Shown: positions 10,203 to 20,118, counted from the first letter of the stretch. The stretch: 64,000 nt of DNA from an uncultured delta proteobacterium (GCA_963782055.1 CAWAIF010000003.1:5344001-5408000), one strand, 5' to 3'. Notes: a model not told the origin generated them from the sequence alone. Numbers and translations: made by a program.

Positions 10203-11879
10203 ATGAACACGCAAGCCCCTCTCACCGTCCTGGTCGATGTCGACGCCGACGCCGTCGAAGCCCACATCCGCGACCACCGCGCCGACGCCCTCGCGGTGTT
10301 CGCCCCGCTCAACGAGTCGCAGCGCACCGGCCTGGTCACCGACGCGTGGTCCATCGGCCTGCGCGCGCTCACCAACGCCTACAAACAGGCGGAGGAGTCG
10401 CGCCTCTCCGACATCAGCAGGACGCTGAAGGAGGACCTGGACAAGCAGCTCGACGCCTACATCGAGCGGCAGCAGGACGGCTTCGTCCAGGTGCTCGCCC
10501 GCTACTTCGACCCGCAGGACGGCCAGGTGGTCGCGCGGCTCGAGGGCTTCCTGCGCGACGAGGGCGAGCTCTCCCGGACCATGGCCCGCTTCCTCGCGCC
10601 GGAGCACGGCGCCCTCGCGCAGACGCTCGCCCGCGAGGTGGGCCAGAACAGCCTGCTAGTGAAACGGCTCAGTCCGACCGACAGCGAGGGAGTGGTCTTC
10701 CTGCTGGAGACCAAGCTGCGCGAGGCGCTCGCCGAGAACAAGCGGCAGGTCTCCCACGCGCTCGACCCCGTCGCCGAGGATGGCGCGGTCGCCCGGTTCC
10801 TGCGCGCGCTCCGGCAGGAGCTGGAGAAGGCGGACAACGACCGGAGCAAGCAGCTGGCGCTCGCGACCAAGGCGCTCGACGCCAACGACGAGAGCTCTCT
10901 CCTCAGCCGGCTGATGCGGGAGACGGCGGAGGCGAAGAACGCGTTCGTCGCCGCGATGAACCCGGAGCTCCCGAGCTCGCCGATGGCGGTGCTCAAGACC
11001 ACCCTCTCCACGCTGCTCCAGGACCACGTGAAGTCGCAGCACGAGGTGATGGTGCTCATGCAGGAGCGGCAGACGAAGTTCGAGCAGGACGTGCGCGAGT
11101 CGCTCGTGCGGCTCGAGGAGCGCAAGCGCGGGGACGCCAAGTCCACCCGTGGCGGCTTCACCTACGAGGAGGCGGTCTTGCGCTTCGTCCAGCACACCGT
11201 CCAGGGGGCGCCTGTCACCGTCGACACGACGGGCAGCACCGTCGGCGCCAAGCCCGGCTGCAAGGTGGGCGACCAGGTCGTCCGCTTCACGCCGGAGAGT
11301 ATCTACGCCGGCGGCGCGCTCGTCATCGAGGCGAAGCACGATTCCAGCTACTCGGTCACCAAGGCCCTGCAGGAGCTGGAGGTGGCGCGCGGCAACCGCA
11401 CCGCCGGCGCGGGACTGTTCGTGATGGCCCGGAGCCACGCCCCGGCGGCGTTCCCCGCGTTCGCGCGGTACGGCAACGACATCCTGGTCGTGTGGGACGA
11501 GGAGGACGAGGCGACCGACCCCTACCTGCAGGCCGCGGTCTTCCTGGGCGTGGCTCTCGCCAGCCGGCAGCGCCGGCCCGACGACGCCGGCGATATCGAG
11601 GCGCTCGCGGACATCGAGCATCGCATCCAGAAGCAGCTCGAGCGGCTCGACCGGATGCGCAAGCTGGTCGAGTCCATCCAGGGCGACGCCAAGAAGCTGG
11701 GCGACGAGGTCGACAAGGGCGGCAAGGCGCTGGGGGTCCTGCTCAAGAACGCGAAGTCGACCCTCAAGGCGCTGAACGTCGAGCTGACCGAGGCGGAGGA
11801 GGCGAAGTCGGAGCCGGTGATGCTCCCCGTGGCGTCCCTCGCCGAGGCGCGGACTGCGCTTGCCAGCGCCGGGGAGTGA
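10203..11879 (+). CDS. Coiled-coil protein with C-terminal PD-(D/E)XK nuclease (RmuC-like architecture)
   Basis: ATG 10203; long helical region, then GFTYEE..KVGDQVV..LVIEAKHD. Confidence 0.75.
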   Translation: MNTQAPLTVLVDVDADAVEAHIRDHRADALAVFAPLNESQRTGLVTDAWSIGLRALTNAYKQAEESRLSDISRTLKEDLDKQLDAYIERQQDGFVQVLARYFDPQDGQVVARLEGFLRDEGELSRTMARFLAPEHGALAQTLAREVGQNSLLVKRLSPTDSEGVVFLLETKLREALAENKRQVSHALDPVAEDGAVARFLRALRQELEKADNDRSKQLALATKALDANDESSLLSRLMRETAEAKNAFVAAMNPELPSSPMAVLKTTLSTLLQDHVKSQHEVMVLMQERQTKFEQDVRESLVRLEERKRGDAKSTRGGFTYEEAVLRFVQHTVQGAPVTVDTTGSTVGAKPGCKVGDQVVRFTPESIYAGGALVIEAKHDSSYSVTKALQELEVARGNRTAGAGLFVMARSHAPAAFPAFARYGNDILVVWDEEDEATDPYLQAAVFLGVALASRQRRPDDAGDIEALADIEHRIQKQLERLDRMRKLVESIQGDAKKLGDEVDKGGKALGVLLKNAKSTLKALNVELTEAEEAKSEPVMLPVASLAEARTALASAGE

Positions 11880-11949
11880 CGCGCCAGCGGCGCCGTCTCG
11901 GCGAGCGCCGCGTCAACATTTGCACCGCCACCACGTCTACAATCAGACC

Positions 11950-12837
11950 ATGCCGCTACAACTACTTCCTACCCTCACGACCTGGACGGCTCGATGCGAC
12001 CCCCAACCAGGGCTCGACCTCGAATTGCGAATGGAGGCCCTTGCCCCGGACCGTACGAACAGCTGGGCGTTCGGCGGCTGCTTTCCATCGGTGACCTTCG
12101 GTGGCAGCTCCGGGGAGGCGGTGGGATTCCCAGTGTGGCTCTCTCGCGCCATTCCGGCAGTCATCGACCCCGCGCAGGACGCGGCGTTCGCGCTGAGCTT
12201 CCACATCGACACCCCCTACGAGCTGCTTGAGCGGTTCGAACGCGTCCGCGCGGGCAAGGGCGACGTGGTGGTACGCCTCTCGCTGCACGTGCAACTCTTC
12301 CCCGTGCTACCGCCCCTGAATGGCCACCCCGTCCTCGGGGTACCGCGGGACTTCTACGAGAACCACGTCTTGTCGCCCAATCTCAACCTGTCAGCCGACC
12401 AGTGGCGGGAGCTTCTCTCGAAGCTTCGCTTCGTCGATGTGCTCATCGCCGAATTTCCATTGCTCCAGTTTGGGCGTCCACCCTCTGCGCGCCTGGTGGC
12501 CGCTCGCCAGGAGCTGGACGTTGCGCGCAAGGCCTACCACGACCACCGCTACGACGACGCGGCGGTCCATTCGCGCAAGGCTCTGGATGCTCTCGTCGAG
12601 AATGGGCGCGCCGCACTCGCGGACCGCATCGTCGACGGTTACTTCGGCCGCGCGCACGACGAGGTTCGCACCCGTGCCCGCGCCGCCATCAACGGCATCC
12701 TGCGGGTGTTCCAATTGGGGCCCCACGCCGTCGGCGACGACGCCTTCCCGACCGTGCCGGTTACGCGGCAGCTTGCTGCCTTCGTCTTTGGCACCGCGCA
12801 GCTCATCGTCGGCTGGTGCGGCGACGGTGCCGTCTGA
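11950..12837 (+). CDS. Hypothetical protein with HEPN/Abi-like helical C-terminus
   Basis: ARKAYHDHRYDDAAVHSRKALDAL; no canonical RxxxxH. Confidence 0.55.
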   Translation: MPLQLLPTLTTWTARCDPQPGLDLELRMEALAPDRTNSWAFGGCFPSVTFGGSSGEAVGFPVWLSRAIPAVIDPAQDAAFALSFHIDTPYELLERFERVRAGKGDVVVRLSLHVQLFPVLPPLNGHPVLGVPRDFYENHVLSPNLNLSADQWRELLSKLRFVDVLIAEFPLLQFGRPPSARLVAARQELDVARKAYHDHRYDDAAVHSRKALDALVENGRAALADRIVDGYFGRAHDEVRTRARAAINGILRVFQLGPHAVGDDAFPTVPVTRQLAAFVFGTAQLIVGWCGDGAV

Positions 12838-12898
12838 GTCACCGCTACCAGCGAAACGCTGAAGCGTTCCAGTTTCCGTCTTTGTCGTAGCAGAGGTT

Positions 12899-13080
12899 AT
12901 GCGCATCGCCCGCGGTACGTCCGCGTCGAGCTGCTCCCAGCAGAACGTTCGGAAGAATGAGAGTGTCGCGCCCGACCTGCTCGACCGCGCGCTCCTCGTC
13001 ACGCTCCGTGAACGCACGAAGCGCATCACGGAGGAGGAGCTGATGGGCAAGTTCGACGAGCTCCCCCCCCCCCCGCGTCT
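12899..13080 (+). pseudogene. Possible remnant of a mobile-element primase-associated ATPase/helicase, hit by IS66
   Basis: APDLLDRALLVTL..RITEEELMGKFDEL, continuing PRLMG after the IS; C12 homopolymer just before the IS. Confidence 0.3.
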
Positions 13081-14596
13081 GTGTCTGCTTAGCGGTGTCG
13101 CACACTGTGGGTCCATTCTTCGTTCCTGATGCGAGAAGTTCTTTCCATGGGACCTGATCGGGAGCATCCCGGATCACGTGACGCCCGAGCAGCGGATCCA
13201 GGAGCTGGAGCAGGAGAACGCCGCGCTTCGCGAAGAGCTGGCGAAGCTGCGCAAGGAGATCGAGGAGTGGAAGCGCGGGTTCCGGGAGCGCGGGAAGCGG
13301 CGGACGTCGCGTTCCGAGGGTCGGCGGGCGGCCTCGGGCAAGCCACGCGGCCGCAAGGCGGGGCATGTCGGATCGCGGCCCGCCGCACCGGCCCACGTCG
13401 ACGACGAAGTCGTGCACGAGATGCCGGCGACGTGCAGCTGTGGCGGGGCAGTCGTGGCGACGGGCGAGACGGACAGCACAGTCGTCACCGACATCCCAGT
13501 GGTGCAGCCGCGGCAGACGCATCACGTGGCGCACGTCGGCAGCTGCGAGGTGTGCCACAAGCGCGTGGTCGCGAAGCTGCCGGGCGCGCCGGCGGCGGGC
13601 AAGAGCGTCGCCGCGGTGTCGTTCGGCCCCAACGTGCAGGCGATGGCGCTGGACCTGCGCTTCGAGCGGGACATGCCGCTGGGCAAGATCCGTGCGTTCC
13701 TCGGACAGTGGCTCGGCATCTCGATCACGACGGGCGGCCTGGCGCAGATGTTCGACCGATTGCGACGCCGCTCGGCGCCGAGCTACGACGAGCTGGTCGA
13801 CGCGGTGCGCGCATCGCCCGTGGCGGGCCTCGACGAGAGCGGCCATCGACAGGACGGCGTGCCGGGTTGGATGTGGCTGATGCGCACCGACCGCGTCTCG
13901 GTCTTCCGCGCCGAGCTGTCGCGCGGCGCGTGGGTCGCCGAGTCGATGCTCGGCGCGGGCTTCAAAGGCGTCCTGTGCACCGACTTCTACGGCGTGTACA
14001 CGAGTCACGACGGTTGGACCCACGCCTACTGCGGTGCGCACACCATCCGCGAGGCCAAGAAGATCGCCGAGCTCACCCCGTGCGCCGCGACCGAGGAGTT
14101 CCGCGACCGACTCATCGGCTTCTACGTCGCGGGCAAGCAGGCCGCGGCGAGCGGCGATCCCGAGCAGCGCCGAGGCGCGCGCATCCGCCTCGGCCATCTC
14201 ATCAGCAGCACCAACTTCGTGGAGTTCCCGGACATCGTCCGGCTGCAGGAGCGCCTCGACGAGCACAAGGTGGGGGTGACGCTCTTCATCGACCGCCCCG
14301 ACGTCCCGGCCACGAACAACGCGACCGAACGCGACATCCGCGCCCACGGGCGGCACCGCGCGATGACCGGCGGCACGCGCTCGGCCGCCGGCAGCGCCAC
14401 CCTGGCGCACTGGATGAGCATCACGCAGACGCGGCGCAAGTGCCGGCTCCCGCTTCGGGGCTTCGTCATCGGGCTGTACGAAAGTCACCTCCACGGCAAG
14501 CCGCCTCCGTCTGTCTTTGCCCACTAGCCGGCGAGTCCTCCGACGGTCGACGTCACGCCCGGGCCGCGGGCCGTCTTCCGGCCGCTAAGCAGAGAC
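13081..14596 (+). mobile_element. IS66-family (single-ORF, ISBst12-like) element, copy 1, 1516 bp
   Basis: TIRs GT(G/C)TCTGCTTAGCGG; 8-bp TSD CCGCGTCT at 13073-13080 and 14597-14604. Confidence 0.93.
13178..14527 (+). CDS. IS66-family DDE transposase
   Basis: N-terminal leucine zipper, Zn finger, LDESG, TDFYGVY, CGAHTIRE, TNNATERDIR. Confidence 0.93.
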   Translation: MTPEQRIQELEQENAALREELAKLRKEIEEWKRGFRERGKRRTSRSEGRRAASGKPRGRKAGHVGSRPAAPAHVDDEVVHEMPATCSCGGAVVATGETDSTVVTDIPVVQPRQTHHVAHVGSCEVCHKRVVAKLPGAPAAGKSVAAVSFGPNVQAMALDLRFERDMPLGKIRAFLGQWLGISITTGGLAQMFDRLRRRSAPSYDELVDAVRASPVAGLDESGHRQDGVPGWMWLMRTDRVSVFRAELSRGAWVAESMLGAGFKGVLCTDFYGVYTSHDGWTHAYCGAHTIREAKKIAELTPCAATEEFRDRLIGFYVAGKQAAASGDPEQRRGARIRLGHLISSTNFVEFPDIVRLQERLDEHKVGVTLFIDRPDVPATNNATERDIRAHGRHRAMTGGTRSAAGSATLAHWMSITQTRRKCRLPLRGFVIGLYESHLHGKPPPSVFAH

Positions 14597-14706
14597 CCGC
14601 GTCTGATGGGCTCGCTGACGCCCTAGTTCAACGCGACGACTTCGTCCACGGGCCCGCGCGCCGCCGTGCAACTTCCATTGGATTCCGGGGATAAGAACTA
14701 CGAGCG

Positions 14707-14748
14707 ACGCCGCATCCGGCAATCCCGCCGGGTGCGGCGTTCTTCTTT
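14707..14748 (+). terminator. 14-bp stem hairpin with pyrimidine/U tract
   Basis: ACGCCGCATCCGGC-aatccc-GCCGGGTGCGGCGT-TCTTCTTT. Confidence 0.6.
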
Positions 14749-14764
14749 CCGGAGGAATCCCATC

Positions 14765-14902
14765 ATGACCGAGCCCACCGTCCCCCCGTCCTTCTTCCGC
14801 CGCGTCGCCGGCAACGACTCCGCCCGCAAGGGCTTCGCCGCCGCGATCGCCGGCGTGCTCGTGGCCGCCATCAGCGAGGTGCTTTGGCCGCACGCGGGGT
14901 GA
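14765..14902 (+). CDS. 45-aa single-TM small protein
   Basis: GGAGG RBS; GFAAAIAGVLVAAISEVLW; stop overlaps next GTG. Confidence 0.6.
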   Translation: MTEPTVPPSFFRRVAGNDSARKGFAAAIAGVLVAAISEVLWPHAG

Positions 14903-15204
14903 GCCTGCACGTCGGCGACGCGCTCGTCGCCCTGCTCGACTGGGCCTGGCCCCACATCGAGCCCAGGGTGGAGGCCGCCGCCGAGTTCATCGCCGACGCA
15001 GTACGGCCCGAGCCACCGATGAGCATCCGCACCCTGGACGGCGAGACCGTCACCGGGCTGCTCGTCGCGGACCGCGGCCGGGTGCTCGCCTTCATCGGCA
15101 TCCGTCAGCCGCCGCCGGCGACGGCGCCCATGCGGCACGAGCGGTTCGAGGAGCCGCTCTGGCCGCGCGACGTGCAAGTCGACCCGTACCGCCGGCCGCC
15201 CTGA
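14899..15204 (+). CDS. Hypothetical protein
   Basis: GTGA coupling to previous gene; GC3-rich codons. Confidence 0.55.
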   Translation: MSLHVGDALVALLDWAWPHIEPRVEAAAEFIADAVRPEPPMSIRTLDGETVTGLLVADRGRVLAFIGIRQPPPATAPMRHERFEEPLWPRDVQVDPYRRPP

Positions 15205-15239
15205 GGGCGCCGGACTTCCACAACAAGAGCTCCCAACCC

Positions 15240-15288
15240 GAAGAAGGGCACCTGCGCCGCAGCCAGCGTGGGTGCCCTTCTTCATTTT
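15240..15288 (+). terminator. 18-bp stem hairpin with T tract
   Basis: GAAGAAGGGCACCTGCGC-N8-GCGTGGGTGCCCTTCTTC-ATTTT. Confidence 0.65.
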
Positions 15289-15305
15289 CCAGAGAGGTTC
15301 ACACC

Positions 15306-15566
15306 ATGCGCGTTCAAGGTCGTCTTCTTCGCCCCGCCACCCTCGCCGAGCGGCGCCTGTTGAAGTCCATCGGCATCGACTTCATCCGCGTGCCCCGGAA
15401 GTACAACCCCTTCGCCGTCGCCCGCCTGGTGCGGCGCATGTCGTTCGGCGGCGCCGACATGCCCAAGCTCCGCACGATGGTCATGAAGCGGCCGGAGCCC
15501 AGGCCCGTGCCCGCCGAGCTGCCCGACTCCACGCCGGAGCCGCGGGATGCGGAGCGCGCGGCCTGA
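15306..15566 (+). CDS. Small basic hypothetical protein
   Basis: AGAGAGG RBS, ATG, GC3-rich codons. Confidence 0.65.
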   Translation: MRVQGRLLRPATLAERRLLKSIGIDFIRVPRKYNPFAVARLVRRMSFGGADMPKLRTMVMKRPEPRPVPAELPDSTPEPRDAERAA

Positions 15567-16203
15567 GCTTCGCGAGCTCGCGCTGCTTGCCCGGACGCCA
15601 GAAGAAGGGGGCTACAACCTCGGCGCCTACCTGTCCGAGCACGCGGCCGAGCTCGCGCCGCTTCTTCTGACCACGCCGGCGGACCTCGAGGCGGGCGCCG
15701 CGCTGACCGACGACCAGGTCGTCGTGCGGCTGCGGCCTCGCCTGGAGCGCGCCCTCGCAGGGCAGCAGCAAGGGCAAGCGCAACGGCGAGAACAAGAAGC
15801 CCGCGCCGCTGCCGAGCGGCTCGCGCTCTCGGTCCGGTGGGACGAGGGGCGCGCCGTGCTGGACGAGAGCATCTTGCTCTCGCGCGAGCTCTGGGCCGGC
15901 AGGAACAAGTACGCGGTCTTCGTCGCCGACGACTTCGAGACGGCGGTGCGGCGAGACCTCGTCACCGGCGCGCGCGCCGCGCTGCGCACCTTCATCGACA
16001 CGGCCGCGTGGGTGGACCGGGAGGGACTCCACCTCGCGTGGCGCGCCGGCCGCGGGAGGCTCAACTTCTTCCCGCAAGGGTTGTCCCCCGCCGACCGCGG
16101 CAAGGCACTGGTCATCGCGCTGCCGGGCCCCGCGCGCGTGGCCACCGTGCGCCATGCCCGCCGTCCCATTCCCATCGGCGATGGGCTCGCCGACCTCGCC
16201 TAG
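15547..16203 (+). CDS. Hypothetical protein (start uncertain)
   Basis: Coding-like codon bias, operon context. Confidence 0.55.
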   Translation: MRSARPELRELALLARTPEEGGYNLGAYLSEHAAELAPLLLTTPADLEAGAALTDDQVVVRLRPRLERALAGQQQGQAQRREQEARAAAERLALSVRWDEGRAVLDESILLSRELWAGRNKYAVFVADDFETAVRRDLVTGARAALRTFIDTAAWVDREGLHLAWRAGRGRLNFFPQGLSPADRGKALVIALPGPARVATVRHARRPIPIGDGLADLA

Positions 16204-16280
16204 TTCTGACCGCGGACGTCTGCACGTCGCGCGGCACCACCACGACGGGCTGCGCCTCCGACGAGAGCGCGCCCGCTGGA

Positions 16281-17018
16281 ATGTCCATGGCCAACGTGCA
16301 CACCATCAAGGACAGCGCCGGGTCTTCGTCCCGGCTGCGCTCCGCCCCGACACCCGCCCATCGCGCCGCCGTCGAGGGCGCCCACGTGCTGGGCGACGCC
16401 GACCTGCTCGGCATCCTCCTCGGGACCGGAGGAGGCGGCGCACCTCTCTCGGCCCTCGCTGCAGGTCTGCTCGACGACCATGGCGGTGTCGGCGGCCTGT
16501 TGCGCGCCGGCGTGGACGAGCTTGCTCAGCGCCGCGGCATGGGACCGGCCAAGGCCGCGAGGCTCGTGGCCGCCATCGAGCTCGGACGGCGGGCCGTGCA
16601 GGCTGCGTCCCTCGAGGCCGCGCCCATCCTGTCCGACTTCACCGCCGTCGCCGCGTGGGCCCGCCCCAGGCTCGCCACCCTCGACCACGAGGAGCTCTGG
16701 GTGCTCGGGCTCGACGGACGCAACGGCCTGCGAGCCGCACGGCGTGTCGCCTCCGGCGGCATCCACGGCCTGCACGTCGGCGTGCGCGATGTGCTTCGCG
16801 CCGCCCTCCGCGAGGCGGCGAGCGCCATCGTGCTGGTGCACAACCACCCGAGCGGCGATCCGCAGCCGAGCGAGCAGGACGTGACCTTCACGAGGGCGGT
16901 GGCGGAGGGCGCCGCCGCCGTGGGCACCCCGCTCGTCGACCACGTGATCATCGCCCGCGAGAGGGCGAGCTCGCTGCTGGAGCTCGGGCTGCTCGCTGCC
17001 GGCAGCGACCGACGCTGA
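16281..17018 (+). CDS. radC: RadC/JAB-domain protein
   Basis: DADLLGILLGTG, GMGPAKAARL (HhH), HNHPSGDPQPSEQD, LVDHVII. Confidence 0.9.
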   Translation: MSMANVHTIKDSAGSSSRLRSAPTPAHRAAVEGAHVLGDADLLGILLGTGGGGAPLSALAAGLLDDHGGVGGLLRAGVDELAQRRGMGPAKAARLVAAIELGRRAVQAASLEAAPILSDFTAVAAWARPRLATLDHEELWVLGLDGRNGLRAARRVASGGIHGLHVGVRDVLRAALREAASAIVLVHNHPSGDPQPSEQDVTFTRAVAEGAAAVGTPLVDHVIIARERASSLLELGLLAAGSDRR

Positions 17019-17119
17019 CCGATGCGCCCGCGGACGGCCCTCGCCGTCGCCGGGTCTCTCCCACCGCTTGCGCGGGCGTGACGACGGCCCCGCGTCTGCA
17101 CGCCCCGCCCCCAGCAACC

Positions 17120-17482
17120 ATGCTCATCATCCGAAACCCGCAGCACTTCGACGCCGTCGTGGACTTCGCCAGGTCCCACGCCCTCTACGAGCCCGACCCT
17201 TCCAGGCCCGACCTGCACTGCCTGCGCCGGTCTCTCGGCCGCCTCGAGTCCTTCTGCCGCACGGGCCCCGACGGTGAGCCCACCGTGCGCGTCGTCCTGG
17301 TCCCGGACAGCGCTCCCCACTCCTTCGGCTTCTCGGTGGAGGTGGCCGTGGACGGCGGCTGGGAGGCGACCCTCATCGGGGGCCTGCTCTTCCACGGTCC
17401 CGCCGACGGCTTCGGCAGCGGCTCCGCGCCGAGCTTCGCCTGCACCCTCACCCCGACCCTCGGCTGGTCGCTCCACACCTGA
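17120..17482 (+). CDS. DUF4120-like protein
   Basis: DSAPHSFGF, GGLLFHG, C-terminal GWSLHT. Confidence 0.65.
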   Translation: MLIIRNPQHFDAVVDFARSHALYEPDPSRPDLHCLRRSLGRLESFCRTGPDGEPTVRVVLVPDSAPHSFGFSVEVAVDGGWEATLIGGLLFHGPADGFGSGSAPSFACTLTPTLGWSLHT

Positions 17483-17559
17483 CGACGCCTCCCGCGTCCG
17501 CAGGGTTGCTCTCGCCCGGGCTGCGCTGCAGCGCGCCCCACCACTCCAGAAAGAACATC

Positions 17560-18642
17560 ATGACCAACGGAACCACCGTGATGGGCGGACGGACTCTCCC
17601 GCCGCCGCTACGCACCGCGCCCGACATGCCCGCGCGCTGGGAGGACGTCGAGCTCAGCTTCGACGAAGCCGCCGAGCGCATCATCGCCGCCCACAAGAAG
17701 GATGGCGACGCCGAGGACCTGCCCATCGGCGACCTCAAGACCTGGGTGGTCGCGCCCGAGGACGGGCACTTCGCGCTCGTACCGCTCGCCCGCCACCACG
17801 CGCCCAAACCGCTGCGCACCAACGCCTTCTCCAATCTGATGGCGCGCATCGGCGCACCGGCCGACTTCATCCGGCGGCTGCCCGCGCCGCTGCAGCTCGC
17901 CAACATCAACTACATGATGAGCGAGCACGCCGAGACGTCCGCCGCCACCCTGCGCCTGCGCGGGCACGAGGTGGCCGCCGTCGTCAGCGGCCGGTACGCG
18001 CCGCTCGACCCGGAGGAGCTCCTGTCGTCGGTGCGCGATGCGCTGGTGCGCTTCGACCTGGTGCGCCAGGTGCGCGTCCGGGGCGTCGCCACCGGCCTCA
18101 TCGACAACATGCGCCTCATCCTGCCGGGCGAGTCGGTCGCGGTGAAGCCCGGCGACGTCTCCAACGTCGGCCTCGACATCTCGACCTCCAGCTTCGGCCG
18201 GAGCGCCATCCACCTGTCGCCCGTGGTGTGGCGCCTGGTCTGCACCAACGGCCTGCGCTCCCCCGAGCGCCGCGGGCAGCTGTCCTTCCGCCACATCGGC
18301 GACACGGACAGGCTGCGTGCCGGCATCGCCGAGGCCATCCCGTCCGCCCTCGCCCATGCGCGCGGGCTCATGACCCAGTGGCAGCGCGCGGTCACCTTCA
18401 TGGTGGAGGACGTGGCGCGCCAGGTGGAGGAGATGCGCGAACTCACCAATCCCGAGCGCAACGCGCTCGCGGCGGAGGTGAAGCGCGAGGCGCAGACGCC
18501 GGAGCTGCCCGAGCACATGCCGCTCTACTCGCTGGTCAACGCGCTCACCTCGACGGCCAGGAGCGCGCAGCCGGCGCGAAGGCTGGAGCTCGAGGGCCTG
18601 GCCGGCGAGCTGCTCACCCGGCACGTGGGGAGGTCGTCATGA
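17560..18642 (+). CDS. DUF932-family phage/plasmid protein
   Basis: VVSGRYAPLD, RLVCTNG, LYSLVNALT. Confidence 0.8.
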   Translation: MTNGTTVMGGRTLPPPLRTAPDMPARWEDVELSFDEAAERIIAAHKKDGDAEDLPIGDLKTWVVAPEDGHFALVPLARHHAPKPLRTNAFSNLMARIGAPADFIRRLPAPLQLANINYMMSEHAETSAATLRLRGHEVAAVVSGRYAPLDPEELLSSVRDALVRFDLVRQVRVRGVATGLIDNMRLILPGESVAVKPGDVSNVGLDISTSSFGRSAIHLSPVVWRLVCTNGLRSPERRGQLSFRHIGDTDRLRAGIAEAIPSALAHARGLMTQWQRAVTFMVEDVARQVEEMRELTNPERNALAAEVKREAQTPELPEHMPLYSLVNALTSTARSAQPARRLELEGLAGELLTRHVGRSS

Positions 18643-19247
18643 AGAAGGAGCTACTCACGAAGCCGTTCCCGCCCGAGGCCATCCGCCAGCGTCAGGGTCA
18701 GGGCGGCAAGACCCTGAACTACGTCGAGGCCCACGCCGTCGTCGCCCGGCTCAATGAAGCGAGTGACTTCGGCTGGAGCTTCGAGGTGGTGCGGCACGAG
18801 GTCCTGGCCGACGAGGTCATCGTGCTCGGCAAGCTCACCATCGACGGCGTCACCAAGATGGCGTTCGGGGGCAGCGGCGTCACCCGCGACCAGTCCGGCA
18901 AGGACGTGTCGCTGGCGGACGACCTGAAGGCCGCAGCGAGCGATTGCATCAAGAAGTGCGCGTCCCTCTTCGGCATCGGCCTGGAGCTCTACGGCGGCGC
19001 GGCAGCTGCACCGGCGCAGGCGCACACCGCCATGACGCGCGGTGGTCCGCCCGAGCCGCTCGACCGCCTCACCAGCCGGCAGCTCGCGGCGATTCATGCG
19101 GCCGCGCGCCGGCGGGGCATCGCGCTGCCTGCGCTGGGCGCGGCGCTCATCGAGCGGACGGGCAAGGACGCGCCGCAGCACCTGACCCGGCGGGAGGCGA
19201 GCGCCCTGCTCGACGAGTGGTCGGGCGCGAACGGGACGCGGTCGTAG
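18639..19247 (+). CDS. Rad52/Rad22-like (Sak-type) single-strand annealing protein
   Basis: RQGQGGKTLNYVEAHAVVARLN, KAAASDCIKKCASLFGIGLELY. Confidence 0.85.
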   Translation: MKKELLTKPFPPEAIRQRQGQGGKTLNYVEAHAVVARLNEASDFGWSFEVVRHEVLADEVIVLGKLTIDGVTKMAFGGSGVTRDQSGKDVSLADDLKAAASDCIKKCASLFGIGLELYGGAAAAPAQAHTAMTRGGPPEPLDRLTSRQLAAIHAAARRRGIALPALGAALIERTGKDAPQHLTRREASALLDEWSGANGTRS

Positions 19248-19353
19248 AAGAGAGCGGCGGAGGGCGGCGGGGGTCTCCGATGGACGCCTCCGCCGTGGCT
19301 CCAGCCGGCGGTCTCCGGCGCCGAGTCTACGCAAGAGGGCCGTTTGATGTGTT

Positions 19354-19656
19354 TCAGACGCCCTTCAGCGCGATGCGCTTGTTGTCGAACACTGCGACGA
19401 CCTCGAGCTCTCCACCGAGGGCCGTCACGTAGCGTCGTAGCGTCGAGATGAGGTGGTCTTCCCGGCGCTCGAACTTCGACAGCTCGGCCTGCGTCATCTC
19501 GGCGATCTCGCCGACTTCCGCCTGGGTCTTGCCGGCCTCCTCGCGCAGCTCGCGCAGCTCCATCGTGAGAAGCTCTCGGCGGACAGCCGCGTCCACCCGC
19601 GCCCTGCGCGCGGGCGCCATCTTGCCCTTCAACTCGCTCCACTTGTGCGTGGCCAT
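19354..19656 (-). CDS. XRE-HTH antitoxin (HigA-like)
   Basis: LRELREEAGKTQAEV..LSKFERRED..ISTLRRYVTALGG. Confidence 0.88.
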   Translation of the reverse strand: MATHKWSELKGKMAPARRARVDAAVRRELLTMELRELREEAGKTQAEVGEIAEMTQAELSKFERREDHLISTLRRYVTALGGELEVVAVFDNKRIALKGV

Positions 19657-19701
19657 AATGCTGCTCCTAAAAATACGTCCGCCGTCTCGGCGGGTCATGG
19701 G

Positions 19702-20064
19702 TCACTTCTTCTTGGGCTTGTTCTGGTCGGTCTCCTCCAGGTATTCGGTCCAGAGCCGTTCGGCGAGGGGGATCATCCTCGCGTAGAAGCGGTCATCTCC
19801 GGTCTTGTCGCCGCCGATGAGCAGGACGGCGTGCCTCGACGGGTCGAAGGCGTACAGGGTTCGCAGAGGGTCACCTTCCGCCTGCGTGCGCAGCTCTCGA
19901 AGGGCGAACGACGCGCCCTTGATGGAGCTGGAGTAGGGGTGCGGCAACGTCACGCCGCGCTCCTCGAGCAGCCCAATCGTGAAGGCCACACGGTCCTGTT
20001 CCGACTCGGAGAGGCCCTCGTACCAGGCCGCAAACGCGTCCGTGACGACCACCTCTACGCCCAT
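19702..20064 (-). CDS. RelE/ParE-fold toxin (HigB/Gp49-like)
   Basis: PYSSSIKG, LRELR, RTLYAFDP..VLLIGGDKTG; toxin precedes antitoxin. Confidence 0.88.
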   Translation of the reverse strand: MGVEVVVTDAFAAWYEGLSESEQDRVAFTIGLLEERGVTLPHPYSSSIKGASFALRELRTQAEGDPLRTLYAFDPSRHAVLLIGGDKTGDDRFYARMIPLAERLWTEYLEETDQNKPKKK

Positions 20065-20118
20065 CGCCTACCTCTCCAATCCAAGCGCTCCTGCTTCGGC
20101 ACCGTCGCCTCGGCGCAC

